From positions 640,001 to 704,000 of the forward strand of contig CBDCVK010000010.1 of NCBI GenBank assembly GCA_965223005.1: a stretch of DNA of 64,000 bases. Direction: 5' to 3'. The notes beneath the pieces are model-generated. The model did not search any database and was not told the origin of the DNA. It worked only from the letters and a program-made list of their open reading frames with translations. The first letter of the stretch is position 1. Each line of letters opens with the position of its first letter. Source of the DNA: Terriglobia bacterium (GTDB lineage: Bacteria > Acidobacteriota > Terriglobia > JAJPHL01 > JAPKYU01). The position numbers and the translations under genes were made by a program. Positions 42,196 to 52,241 of the stretch are shown here, piece after piece.

Positions 42196-42684
42196 ATGCA
42201 CAAGGTAGTTCGAACTTATTTGGAAGCGAGCCTGGATGGCAGTTTGCTGCCCTTGGCCCGGCGGGAGCTGGAGGCCCACCTGGAGGCCTGCCCGAGCTGT
42301 CGTCTGGAGCTGGAGGCGCTTGGCCAAACGCGCCAATGGATGAGGGCGCTGGTGACAAAAGAGCTGGTCGCGCCGGCTCCCGGCTTCTACGCCCGGGTGC
42401 AGGCCCGGGTGGAGGCCGAAAAAAGCCAGATATGGCCCTTCTGGCAGTTGTTTCCCGCATTCACCCAGCAGCTTGGCCTTGCTGTTGTCGCGCTGTTGCT
42501 GTTGCTGAGCACGTATTTTGTCACGCTTAACCAGACCGAGCGCGGCACGGCCATGGCCGAATTGATGCAGGATGCTCCCATCGTTCATGCGGAGACTCCA
42601 GCTCTCACGGCCGATTCTCACGTTAACCGCGAGCGCGTGCTGCTGGCCATCCTGACCCCGGCCGGCCGGCAGCATGGGGAGTAA
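42196..42684 (+). CDS. Zinc-binding (ZAS) transmembrane anti-sigma factor
   Basis: HLEACPSC (HxxxCxxC) and a single TM. Confidence 0.88.
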   Translation: MHKVVRTYLEASLDGSLLPLARRELEAHLEACPSCRLELEALGQTRQWMRALVTKELVAPAPGFYARVQARVEAEKSQIWPFWQLFPAFTQQLGLAVVALLLLLSTYFVTLNQTERGTAMAELMQDAPIVHAETPALTADSHVNRERVLLAILTPAGRQHGE

Positions 42685-43090
42685 GATGTCCAACCGGAGC
42701 CGTGCCATTCTCTACAGCGCCGTTGTCTTCCTCGCGGGCATAGTGGCCGGAGCGCTGCTCATGAATCTGCGGGAGCACCTCTGGCTGCACCCACGGGGGC
42801 ACGTAGTCACCGCAGCCAGTTGGGACCAGGCCGACCGCGCCCACTACATCGAGCAGATCAAGACAGAACTCCAACTCACCGAGACCCAGAGCCGAGAAAT
42901 GGAAGCGATCCTGGATGCTACCCTGCGGCAATACCACGATCTGCACACCTTTTCCCATCACATCCGGGAGGAAGGCATCACCAGCATCCGGGACGTCTTG
43001 GACGAGGAGCAGCGGCACCGCTTTGACGAGATTGTCGGCAAAATGACCTGTCCGCTGGAGGAAAAAGGCGACCACGGGCACTCACCGTAG
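42674..43090 (+). CDS. Membrane-anchored helical periplasmic protein (Spy/CpxP-like ECF accessory)
   Basis: TM FLAGIVAG; LQLTETQ and VLDEEQ resemble LTxxQ motifs. Confidence 0.7.
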   Translation: MGSKMSNRSRAILYSAVVFLAGIVAGALLMNLREHLWLHPRGHVVTAASWDQADRAHYIEQIKTELQLTETQSREMEAILDATLRQYHDLHTFSHHIREEGITSIRDVLDEEQRHRFDEIVGKMTCPLEEKGDHGHSP

Positions 43091-43353
43091 CCTCGCCCTG
43101 CGCCACCCGCCACCAAGGTTTTCCCGCAACTTCTTCTTCCCCGACGAGTCTATCAACCACACCCGGGGGGCAATTTGCTAGGAGCGGATGAGATTCCCGG
43201 CTGGGCGAATTTCGTGTGCGCGTGAGCTTGGCAAACGTCTGGAGACAGTTGGACTAAAGGCGCTTGGTGCTGTTTATGGGGCATCCGCTGGCGCCACTGG
43301 TCCTGTTGGCGACGGGGATGGGTTGTGACCGAGCTGGCCCGATCAGGTCGGGC

Positions 43354-44001
43354 TCAGTGAGCCAGTCGAGGGGCCACCAGTTCCCGCAGGCGCAGCAGCA
43401 CTTGCATACGCTGCGGCCCGTTCAGCAACCCGCTGGACTGCAGGATTTCCTGGAAACAGTCCTCCGCATCCACCGCCGAGGATGGAGCAGCACCGCCGTT
43501 TGCGGGAGGTGTCGAAAAGCTAGGACGGTGCCCATTGCCGTTTCCCCGCGCCAGGCTATGTCCGTTCCCGTTGCCCGAAGACCTTCCATTCGGAGGCGCG
43601 GGAGCCAGCAGTGCTGGAAGGGCAACCTTCAGCGCATCGGCGACCCGTTCCAGGGTGACCAGCCCGGGGATGATGCGGCCATTTTCGATGCGGGAGACAT
43701 AGGTGCGCGGTAGGCGCGCGCCGACCGCAAGCTGCTTCTGGGTCAGCCCGCGAATGCGGCGCCAGCCCCGGACTCCAGCGGCCACGTCAGGCCGCGTGGG
43801 CGCTCGCGGCTCGGGCGGGGCCACGACCGGCACGACCAACGACAAATAGCAGCGACGGCAGCGGTTCAGCGCCGTTAAATACTGCACCATTCGGCAGCGC
43901 GGACACCGTTCCACCGGGCGTTCCTCGCAGGCTGCCGGAGTCGGGGCAAGGTTAGAAATTTGGGCGGGAGCGGGAGTGAGAACAGCTTCGCTTAGGGCCA
44001 A
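43354..44001 (-). CDS. XRE-family HTH regulator with N-terminal Zn ribbon
   Basis: CPRCRMVQY...CRRC; RRIRGLTQKQLA...PRTYVSRIENG; TTG at 44001 chosen because a promoter overlaps the longer ORF start. Confidence 0.85.
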   Translation of the reverse strand: MALSEAVLTPAPAQISNLAPTPAACEERPVERCPRCRMVQYLTALNRCRRCYLSLVVPVVAPPEPRAPTRPDVAAGVRGWRRIRGLTQKQLAVGARLPRTYVSRIENGRIIPGLVTLERVADALKVALPALLAPAPPNGRSSGNGNGHSLARGNGNGHRPSFSTPPANGGAAPSSAVDAEDCFQEILQSSGLLNGPQRMQVLLRLRELVAPRLAH

Positions 44002-44033
44002 TCGCTTCGCGCCGAGAAAGATCGCCGGGCACC

Positions 44034-44062
44034 ATTGTGGGGTTCCGATCAAACATTGTCAA
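44034..44062 (-). promoter_or_regulatory. Sigma70 promoter of the XRE gene
   Basis: TTGACA-17 nt-CACAAT with an A-rich upstream tract. Confidence 0.7.
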
Positions 44063-44130
44063 CAGGTTTTGTATTTTCCGTGTGTACTTTTTGTGTCTCC
44101 CGTCGAGTACCCAACTTCTTCCCTTCCGGG

Positions 44131-44157
44131 CTATCGCCCCTTTCGGGTTATCGTCAA
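44131..44157 (-). other. Candidate 8-codon ORF (MTITRKGR) within a structured element
   Basis: AAAGGAGG-6 nt-TTG ACG ATA ACC CGA AAG GGG CGA TAG. Confidence 0.4.
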
Positions 44158-44286
44158 TGGTGTCCTCCTTTCGTTCCGCTGTGATACACCTGCATGCAAA
44201 AGATTCCAAAGCCAAGATCAAAAGGCGGGACTCGGAACTCCGGACTGACACTTTGAAGTTTGGACTTCGGAGCTTAGACTGGGACC

Positions 44287-44889
44287 ATGGATCGCCATTC
44301 GTCCTTTGCCCTGCTTCGCGAGTTCACTCAGAGCGAAAGCTTGATCAAGCACGCCCTAGCGGTGGAGGCCTGCATGCGCGCCTACGCCCGCCACTACGGC
44401 GAAGATGAAACCCGTTGGGGGATTGTCGGCCTGATCCACGACTTCGATTACGAGCGCTATCCGACTCCCGATCAACACCCCACGAAGGGATCCCAGATTC
44501 TGGCCGAGCGCGGCTACCCGGAAGACGTGCGGCGCGCCATCCTGGGCCACGCCAACTACAGCGGCGTGCCGCGCGACACCCGAATGGCCCAGGTGCTCTA
44601 CGCCTGCGACGAGCTGGCCGGCTTCCTCACCGCCGTGGCTTTGGTGAAGCCCGGCAAGAGCATCTTCGAGGTGGAGGCGCGCTCGGTGCGGAAGAAGATG
44701 AAGGACAAAGCGTTCGCGCGCTCGGTCAACCGTGACGACATCACCCGCGGGGCGGCCGAACTCACCGTAGACTTGGACCAGCACATCGGCTTCTGCATCG
44801 AGGCGATGAAAACAGTCGCCGACCAACTTGGCCTGCGCGGAAACCTCTCCAGCGGACAGCCCAACCCGCTACAACCCCGTGAAACCTAG
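44287..44889 (+). CDS. HD-domain metal-dependent phosphohydrolase
   Basis: KHALAVE, GLIHDFDYE, ILGHA, ACDELAG, KDKAFA. Confidence 0.9.
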   Translation: MDRHSSFALLREFTQSESLIKHALAVEACMRAYARHYGEDETRWGIVGLIHDFDYERYPTPDQHPTKGSQILAERGYPEDVRRAILGHANYSGVPRDTRMAQVLYACDELAGFLTAVALVKPGKSIFEVEARSVRKKMKDKAFARSVNRDDITRGAAELTVDLDQHIGFCIEAMKTVADQLGLRGNLSSGQPNPLQPRET

Positions 44890-45100
44890 CGGGTGGCCGA
44901 CCGGCATGGATCAGGTCCAAAACCGGAATGGTAGTGCCAAGTTGGGCTGCCCCGCTGCAAGCCTGTTCCCTAATCCATTGCAGGCAAACCAGAAGAGAAC
45001 GGACTCCACGTTGCAAGGTCCAGTTCGGGGTAGGGGCGTCCCTGAGCTGGGCATTGGGGTTCGCAGACTCAGGGTTGCGCGAACTAGAGCCTAGCAATCC

Positions 45101-46759
45101 TTGCTCTGGCTGTGCTGCGGCGAAGCGCAGTTCCTCGGCCTGAGGGTGAAGCGTGCGAGCGCGCCAATTTCGGAGAGCCTGAAGGCTCTGGAGCAAAAGC
45201 CAGAGGAAGCCGCAGAACAGTTCCGCAGCCTGTTTGAGGAGGCGCCGGTCGCCTACCATCAGACCGACCGCAAGGGAATCGTGCGGCGCGTCAACCGCGC
45301 TGAGTGCGCTCTTCTGGGTCTGAAAGCCGAGGAAATTCTGGGCAAGCCCGTCTGGGAACTGCTGGTTCCTGAGCAACGGGAAAGGAGCCGTGAAGCTGTA
45401 CGCTGGAAGATCTCCGGGAAACAGCGCCTGGTCCCCTTCGAACGCGAGTATCTTCGCCGGGACGGCACCCGGCTAATGCTGGAAATTCATGAGAACTTGA
45501 TTCGCGACACCAACGGGAAGTCTGTGGGCCTCGGCTCGGTCTTGCTGGATATTACCGAGCGCAAGGAACTCGAAGAGCAACTTCGCCAGGCGCAAGAGAT
45601 GGAGACTCTCGGGTTGCTGGCAGGCGGGGCGGCCCACGACTTCAATAACGCGATGCTCGCCGTTCTGGCCTGGACGGAGCTGGCCTTGCAGAAAACAACT
45701 GCAGACCCTCCGCGCAGGCACTTCGAAAAGATTCAGGAGCAAGCCCAGCACGCGGCGGGCCTGAGCCGGCAGTTGCTTGCCTTCGCCAACCATCGGGTTT
45801 TGGAACCGTACCGGACGAACCTGAACCAGACCGTGACTCGTGTGATCGGGCTGCTGGAAAACTCCCTCGGCCAAGGAGTCCAAGTGGAAACCGGGCTGGC
45901 GCCGAATCTGGAGCACACCTGGGCCGTGCCGGCCGAGATGGAGCAGGTGCTGATCAACTTGTGCCTCAATGCCCGCGATGCGATGCCCGACGGCGGCCGA
46001 CTAGCGATCGAAACCCGCAATGTGGACCTTGCTGGGGACGAGGCCCGGCGACACGCCGAAACCCGGCCGGGTCGCTACGTCATGCTGGCTGTTTCCGATA
46101 CTGGGACGGGCATGGACGACTCCACGACGAGACGCATGTTCGAGCCGTTCTTCACCAGCAAACAAGCGGGCCAGGCCAGCGGCCTAGGCCTGGCTGTCGT
46201 CCACAGGATTGTCAAGCAACACGGCGGGTTCATCGATACCCAGAGCGAGCCGAAACGGGGCACCCGCGTCCGCATCTACCTCCCGGGGGCCGGGGCTGCC
46301 CCCAGCAAACGGGAAAGGAAAGCGGAAGTCGGACCGCCGGGCGGCGGTACGGAAACCATTCTGGTGGCTGAGGATCACGAGGCGGCCCGTGAGGTGGCAC
46401 GGGAGACGCTGGCCAGTCTGGGGTATCAGGTGCTGTTGGCCAGTGACGGACAGGAAGCGGTTCGGTTGGCGCAGGCCCAGCACGCAAGCATCAGCTTGGT
46501 CGTCCTGGACGTGCTGCTGCCCAGACTCAGCGGGCCTGGCGCTTACGCTCGCATGTGTGCGCTGAAGCCTCGCCTGCCAGTCATCTTCACCACCGGCGGG
46601 AGCACCCAGATCGCGCTGCCCGGCCGCATGATGGAGCAAGGCGCCGCAGTTCTGGAAAAGCCTTATAGCACCGAGACGCTGGGACGCAAGGTACGTGAGC
46701 TGCTGGATCGCGCCCGCGGTCCAACAGCTTCAGCGGCCACTTTGCGACGTCGCCGTTGA
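45101..46759 (+). CDS. PAS-domain hybrid histidine kinase/receiver
   Basis: PAS; GGAAHDFNN; QVLINLCLNARDAM; DTGTGM; FEPFFTSK; receiver VVLDVLLP; start uncertain. Confidence 0.92.
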   Translation: MLWLCCGEAQFLGLRVKRASAPISESLKALEQKPEEAAEQFRSLFEEAPVAYHQTDRKGIVRRVNRAECALLGLKAEEILGKPVWELLVPEQRERSREAVRWKISGKQRLVPFEREYLRRDGTRLMLEIHENLIRDTNGKSVGLGSVLLDITERKELEEQLRQAQEMETLGLLAGGAAHDFNNAMLAVLAWTELALQKTTADPPRRHFEKIQEQAQHAAGLSRQLLAFANHRVLEPYRTNLNQTVTRVIGLLENSLGQGVQVETGLAPNLEHTWAVPAEMEQVLINLCLNARDAMPDGGRLAIETRNVDLAGDEARRHAETRPGRYVMLAVSDTGTGMDDSTTRRMFEPFFTSKQAGQASGLGLAVVHRIVKQHGGFIDTQSEPKRGTRVRIYLPGAGAAPSKRERKAEVGPPGGGTETILVAEDHEAAREVARETLASLGYQVLLASDGQEAVRLAQAQHASISLVVLDVLLPRLSGPGAYARMCALKPRLPVIFTTGGSTQIALPGRMMEQGAAVLEKPYSTETLGRKVRELLDRARGPTASAATLRRRR

Positions 46760-46810
46760 GCGCTCCCAAAGTCGTACATTGCCGAGGCTTGTTGAGTTCC
46801 ACCGTTCCAA

Positions 46811-47356
46811 ATGAATACCCCGGTTCAAGAACAAACTAACGCCCCCGCACTAAAGGCCGACCGCCGCAGTTCCGAGCGTCGCGTTTATCATCGCTTCGAG
46901 TGGTCCACGACGGCCAACATCAGTGACCTGAGTGGCGGTCCACCAGCCCAAGCGCGCCTGGCCGACATTGGTTTGGGCGGTTGCTATCTTGACATGTTGG
47001 CACCGAGCCCCCTGAACTCCCGGGTTCACGTCAGCCTCGAAATTGAAAAGGAACGCTTCGAGGCGACCGCCGAGGTGAAGTTCTCCGCGCCTCGCATGGG
47101 GATGGGTCTGCAATTCATCTCCATGAGCGATCGCGGCCGCGCCCTGCTGGAAAAGCTGCTGAGGCGCCTTTCGGGACAGGCTTTGGGCAAGCTAGCAGGC
47201 CCGACCTACGAGAGCATGGTGCAGAGCATGGTTCAATTGGTCAATACGCTTCTTCAAGTTTTGGAGCAGAAAGGGATCACCTCTAAAGCAGAAATCGAGA
47301 ACATGATTTTGGCGCGAAATCGGGACCGCAAAAGGGATGCGAAACCCACAGAATAG
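46811..47356 (+). CDS. PilZ-domain protein
   Basis: ERRVYHR (RxxxR), DIGLGGCY, GMGLQF. Confidence 0.85.
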   Translation: MNTPVQEQTNAPALKADRRSSERRVYHRFEWSTTANISDLSGGPPAQARLADIGLGGCYLDMLAPSPLNSRVHVSLEIEKERFEATAEVKFSAPRMGMGLQFISMSDRGRALLEKLLRRLSGQALGKLAGPTYESMVQSMVQLVNTLLQVLEQKGITSKAEIENMILARNRDRKRDAKPTE

Positions 47357-47548
47357 TTCCACGCCGGGTTACGGCTATTTTCCTTGTCAGCCAGCCGAGG
47401 TAAAAACCGCAGGGCACTCGGACCTTGACGCCAACGGTCTGCCGGTGTATGAGAATCACTTGGTGCTGTGCACGCGAGGAAGCCCATGGCATGAATTGTC
47501 ATGCGGTGAGACACAGGAAGTTAACCATATGACGGAGAAGGAAAACCC

Positions 47549-48565
47549 ATGATTCTCGTACCTGGATCTACCGGCAAGACTGTCACGATAGTCTCAATCA
47601 TCCTACTGATCACATTGGCATTGCCCTTGGTTGCCCAAGAGCAAACGGGCTTTCAAGGACCAGAAGGCTTCATCCTGCCGTCCCTCCATCCGGCCGGCAC
47701 AGAACTTGAAACAAAACTGCTAGCACCGGGCGTCTACGCCCTGCTCTCGACCAAACCGCCGGTGGATAACAGTGGGTTCATCGTTGGGGAACGGGGCGTG
47801 CTAGTGATTGATGCCCACATCAATGGGGAGATGGCGAGGAAGATCCAAGCGGCGGTTCGCCGCGTGACCGACAAGCCGATTCTTTACCTGGTTAACACCA
47901 ACTTCCACGGCGACCACACCTTCGGGAACTATGCGTTCCCCGACACCACGCTGGTCGTAGGCCACCGCGAGACGGCCAAGCGTATGCGCGACTTCGAGGA
48001 AGAGAAACAGTTCCTGTTGCCCACTGTAAACAACGATCAGACGCTATACGCCAACGCGCGCTTACGTTTGCCCGATGTGGTCTTTGACGACTACCTGCGG
48101 CTCGACTTGGGAGGCCGCGCGGTGGAGCTCTACCACTTCGGCCATGGCAACACACCCGGCGACACCGTGATCTACGTCCCGGAAGAGCGAATTGCTTGGA
48201 CCGGCAACCTGGTGTTCGGCGAAGGAATGAACCCTTTCTTGGTTGAGGGCAAACCGCGCGCCTACCTGCAAACTATTGCCCGCTTTGCTCAGACGCTCGC
48301 AGTCGAGCGCATCATCCCCGGTCATGGCGCTCCCCCATCCGGTCGAATTCTCGGACGTTACATGAGCTATCTGAACGAACTCCTCCAGTCGGTGCAAGAA
48401 GCCGTCCAGGCCGGGCAAAGCCTTGAGCAAACGCTGGCTGGTCTGCCATTGGGAAAGAAGTACCGTCCACCGCCCGACGCAGGTCTGACAGAATTCGACC
48501 AGTTCCTAGCGGGTTTTCACCTCTGGAACGTGCAGAAGACCTACCTCGAATTCAACCCGCGCTGA
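47549..48565 (+). CDS. Exported metallo-beta-lactamase-fold hydrolase
   Basis: Signal peptide; NSGFIVG..GVLVID, NTNFHGDHTFGN, IIPGHG. Confidence 0.88.
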   Translation: MILVPGSTGKTVTIVSIILLITLALPLVAQEQTGFQGPEGFILPSLHPAGTELETKLLAPGVYALLSTKPPVDNSGFIVGERGVLVIDAHINGEMARKIQAAVRRVTDKPILYLVNTNFHGDHTFGNYAFPDTTLVVGHRETAKRMRDFEEEKQFLLPTVNNDQTLYANARLRLPDVVFDDYLRLDLGGRAVELYHFGHGNTPGDTVIYVPEERIAWTGNLVFGEGMNPFLVEGKPRAYLQTIARFAQTLAVERIIPGHGAPPSGRILGRYMSYLNELLQSVQEAVQAGQSLEQTLAGLPLGKKYRPPPDAGLTEFDQFLAGFHLWNVQKTYLEFNPR

Positions 48566-48604
48566 TTGCCAATGAAGACGACGTGTGCCAGGCTATGAGG
48601 AACC

Positions 48605-49372
48605 ATGCTTCTCGCAAGCGCTCTTGAATACTTGGCGCAACAGATGGTCTTGCCGCCCAGCGACCTGAGCACGAACGTGCAGATGCTCTTGCGCTGGATT
48701 CACTTCCTTGCCGGAATCACCTGGCTCGGACTGCTTTATTTCTTCAATCTGGTCAATGTGGGGTTCATGAAGAAGCTGGACGCGCCGACGCGCAGCAAAG
48801 TGGTCCCGGCGTTGATGCCTTCGGCGCTGTGGTGGTTCCGCTGGACGGGTCTGGTGACGGTGCTGGCGGGCCTGCTCTACTTTATCTTTTACATCCTACT
48901 CACCGAGCCGCCGGAAAATCCGGGCCAGTTTTTCTGGAAGACCTTTATTGTGTGGCTAGTGCTGGTGCTGGTCACTTTTAAAATTGAGTTCTTCTTGCTC
49001 CGTGTTCCGGCGCTGGTTAAGAATGGCTGGTTGTTCGGCGCCATATTCGCGGTGCTGATTTTGATCATGATCCACATGGTTGTGCGGTTCAACACCTATG
49101 AGGGTGCCAGCAACCGGGCCCTTTCGATTGGCGTGGGCGGCGGCATGGGGATGATCATGCTGTTTAACGTGTGGGGCATTATTTGGCCGGCGCAGAAGCG
49201 CATCATCGCCTGGACCCAGGAAAACGCGGAGAAGGGCACGGCTGTTCCCCCGGAGTCGGCCACACTGGCGCGGCGCGTGTTTCTGGTCTCGCGCGCCAAT
49301 GCCTGGCTCTCGATTCCCATGCTGTTCTTCATGGCCGCCGCCAGCCACTATCCGGTTTTCGTTGGCGGCTAA
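48605..49372 (+). CDS. Urate_ox_N (PuuD-like) membrane protein without cytochrome c domain
   Basis: LRWIHFLAGITWLGLLYFFN, ALWWFRW, IMLFNVWGIIWPAQKRII, SRAN.WLSIPMLFFM...SHY. Confidence 0.85.
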   Translation: MLLASALEYLAQQMVLPPSDLSTNVQMLLRWIHFLAGITWLGLLYFFNLVNVGFMKKLDAPTRSKVVPALMPSALWWFRWTGLVTVLAGLLYFIFYILLTEPPENPGQFFWKTFIVWLVLVLVTFKIEFFLLRVPALVKNGWLFGAIFAVLILIMIHMVVRFNTYEGASNRALSIGVGGGMGMIMLFNVWGIIWPAQKRIIAWTQENAEKGTAVPPESATLARRVFLVSRANAWLSIPMLFFMAAASHYPVFVGG

Positions 49373-49386
49373 GGGCACCCGCAACA

Positions 49387-50021
49387 ATGACGGACCCGAA
49401 ACGGGTGCTGCTGGTAGGACTGATGGCGTGGGTTGTCGCGGCTCCCTGCGATGTTTCTCTGCTGATTGAACCCAAGGAACTCACCCAATCTCTGGACCAG
49501 GTTGGCGTGGTAGATCTGCGTTCGGCCGGGGCGTTCCAAAAGGGCCACATTCCCGGCGCGGCCCACTGCAGGCGGGGCGGTGGAGACCGAAGCGCGCCCC
49601 GTGTCGGCTGGCAGCTTCCAGTCGCGGGCCAACCAAAACCGCATCGCCACCGCCGAGTGGATCCGCCAGCGACTGGAGCTGGAAAAACCCCCGCTGGTGC
49701 TCGATGCGCTCGCCCGAGGAATACGCTGGCGACATAGCGCCTGCAGGGATACGCGGGGGCCACATTCCAGGTGCGGTAAATCTGGGCTGGCGCGAGACCA
49801 TCACCGAGAACGGCCGCTTCAAGACTCCCGAGGAGCTACGCTGCCTGTTGCAGGGGCACGGCCTGGACTTCGACCGCGAGGTGGTCACCTACTGCAACAG
49901 CGGCACGCGCTCCTCCCAGCTTTACTTCGTCCTCCGCCTGCTGGGCCATCCGAAGGTGCGCAACTACGACGGCTCCTGGCTGGACTGGGGCTCCCGCCCC
50001 GAGTTCCCCGTGGAACAGTAG
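49387..50021 (+). pseudogene. Exported tandem-domain rhodanese/sulfurtransferase, disrupted
   Basis: Pieces in three frames: signal+VDLRS...GHIPGAAH; VETEAR...LVLDA; RSPEEYAG...GHIPGAVN...YCNSGTRS...YDGSWLDW. Most of domain 1 is missing. Confidence 0.85.
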
Positions 50022-50059
50022 TGCCTCCCCCTTGCCGCTCTGGCTTGGTCCTTGCGCCG

Positions 50060-50899
50060 CTAGGCCAGCGCGAATGGCCGAATCGGCGAGCCTGTCCCGC
50101 CCATGATTTTCAGCGGCGAGGCAATGAACAGGAACTCATGGATGCCCGCCGAGTGCAGCGGCTCCAGGTTCAGCGCCTCTATGATGTGAATCCCCTTTTC
50201 CACCAGCAGGTGCACATGGACGGGGAAGTTGCCGGGGGTGACTTCGAATGCCATGGTGTCGGAGCCGGCGGCAAAAATGCCGCTGCCGCTGAGCCAGCGG
50301 GCACCGCTCAAGTCCACGCCCGGAGCGCCTCCGTGACCGACAAATTCCCTCGGCCGGTCCCAGAGCGTGTCCCACCCGGTGCGGATCAGCACCACATCCC
50401 CCGCCTCGACAGCCACCCCAGCCCGAGTCGCTTCCTCCTCCAAGTGAGCGGCAGTGATGGCGTAGGCGGGGGGCAGAATTCCCTCCCGCTCCTTCGCGGC
50501 TTTGTTTGACGCTCCACCTGCCGTCGTTGCGTTCAGAAACACGCCGCGCCGCACGATGGGTACAACCTGATCAATGCCACCCACCGCCAGGCCGCGTTCG
50601 ACCGTCTGGTTCGGCTCAACCTCCGCCCCGCCAAACAGGCGCCCATTCCGCGAGAAATGGCAGAGCGCGTCGATGTGCGTTCCCACGTGGCCTCCCAGGG
50701 TAATGACCTCAGACGCCGAACTGACACCGCCCTCCAGCACGATGTCCCCGTGCCCCTTGGCTAAGCTGAACAAGAACGGCGGGTGCGTCGGCCAATGCGG
50801 CATGCCGATTCTCCACGGCTGCGACAGGTCAATGATGCGCACCTTGCTTCCGGCAACTGCCTGGGCAACTTGGCGGATGAGATCTCGTTCAGGATTCAT
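50060..50899 (-). CDS. Cyclase family / kynurenine formamidase-like protein
   Basis: IIDLSQP, HVGTHIDALCH, VLIRTGW, GSDT, IIEALNLE, GGTGSPIRP. Confidence 0.9.
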   Translation of the reverse strand: MNPERDLIRQVAQAVAGSKVRIIDLSQPWRIGMPHWPTHPPFLFSLAKGHGDIVLEGGVSSASEVITLGGHVGTHIDALCHFSRNGRLFGGAEVEPNQTVERGLAVGGIDQVVPIVRRGVFLNATTAGGASNKAAKEREGILPPAYAITAAHLEEEATRAGVAVEAGDVVLIRTGWDTLWDRPREFVGHGGAPGVDLSGARWLSGSGIFAAGSDTMAFEVTPGNFPVHVHLLVEKGIHIIEALNLEPLHSAGIHEFLFIASPLKIMGGTGSPIRPFALA

Positions 50900-51146
50900 G
50901 CTCATACTCCTGTCCCTGGTTTTGTCCTGTGCTGTCATGTGGTTATATGCCAGAACGGCCCGAAGGGGAAACCGTTTGGGCGGAACAATGTGTCCTTCTG
51001 GGCGTCCTTAGGGGGAACGTTAGGGCATTGTCGCCGCAGACACCTTATCTCATTCTCTCGATTCCCACTTCAAATATGTTGGGTGTAGAATTGTCCCAGT
51101 TGGGAGGGATTCCTTGTTTCCTCGGGGCCAGCGCGTAGCAGCTCTG

Positions 51147-52163
51147 ATGTGCCGCCTTCTAACTGTTGGCTTGTTCGCAGGTGTGATCAACGCCCAAACT
51201 CCCATCAGCGTTCGTGAGTTGGTCCGCGGCTTTCACTCACGCTATAAGAATGAGCAAGTTACAGTCCAGGGCTGGGTCTCGGCAGAAAAACGGGTTTCCT
51301 CGACTAGCTTCAAGGCGTATTACCTGAAAGACAGGTACGGTTCGACCATTGTTGTCCGCACAGTCAACAAAGTACCCCAGATTAATTCCGAGGTGCTGGT
51401 CACCGGTGTGGCGCTGGTGGATGCCGACACCAGAAGATTTTTCATAAGTGAAACGAGGCGGGAGGAGGTCAGCTCAGCTGGGGAAGAGACAGAGGAAGAA
51501 GCTCGGGAGCCGCTGGAGTTGCCATCAACAGAGAACCTGATTCTCATCGGCGTCATCGCGATTGGGCTGCTCTGGGTGGTTGTGAGGCTGAGGCGGAGAA
51601 AGGCTGCTCCGGCTCCCGGACCTGTGCCCTCCTACAAGCCTGCTCCCGCTCCTGTCCCCTCCTACAAGTCTGGTCCCGCTCCTGAGCCTGGGCGCCCCTA
51701 CAAGCCTGCTCCTCCCCCCATACCATCCGCTGAGAGTGCCTCGGTTGCCTTCCCAACTGCCCAGGTTGCTTCCCCAACTATGGATGACTTCAAGACAGTC
51801 AGGGTGTTCAAGACCACCAAAGTTCTACCGGGCACGTTAGTTATCCTGGAGAATGGGGAGGAGACCGACACCATTTACCTTTCGGATCAGTCCGGCCGAG
51901 ATGAGATCGAAATCGGCCGCGACACCCCAGACATTACCGGCGGAATCCGGATCAAGGATAAGACAAGCACATTGAGCCGTCGTCAGGCACGCTTGCTCTA
52001 TTCCGCTGCGGAAGAGCAATTCAAGCTGGTGAATCTGGCCCCCGAAACTTCCAATCCAACCATCATCAATGGGCGGCAAATGTCTGGCGACGAGACGGTG
52101 GTACTCAAGGACAACGATGTCCTCCGCATGGGCAATGTAGAGCTGAGATTCAGGAAATCCTAG
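51147..52163 (+). CDS. Single-pass membrane protein: external OB-fold-like domain, Pro-rich repeats, cytoplasmic FHA domain
   Basis: Signal peptide; VTVQGWV...YYLKDRYG; TM followed by RRRK; repeated P(S/R)xYK units; IGR...LSRRQA...SNPTIING...LKDNDVLRMG. Confidence 0.8.
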   Translation: MCRLLTVGLFAGVINAQTPISVRELVRGFHSRYKNEQVTVQGWVSAEKRVSSTSFKAYYLKDRYGSTIVVRTVNKVPQINSEVLVTGVALVDADTRRFFISETRREEVSSAGEETEEEAREPLELPSTENLILIGVIAIGLLWVVVRLRRRKAAPAPGPVPSYKPAPAPVPSYKSGPAPEPGRPYKPAPPPIPSAESASVAFPTAQVASPTMDDFKTVRVFKTTKVLPGTLVILENGEETDTIYLSDQSGRDEIEIGRDTPDITGGIRIKDKTSTLSRRQARLLYSAAEEQFKLVNLAPETSNPTIINGRQMSGDETVVLKDNDVLRMGNVELRFRKS

Positions 52164-52241
52164 CGCCGGTCCGAACTCTTCCCCGGTTGGAAATCACTCG
52201 CCCTCCCTGATCCAGGGTCCTCTGCTATCTTTGGAGTTGTT

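Noticed and set aside
44195-44220. Sigma54 promoter upstream of the short-ORF element
   Set aside because: GG to GC spacing is 8 nt rather than the required 10.
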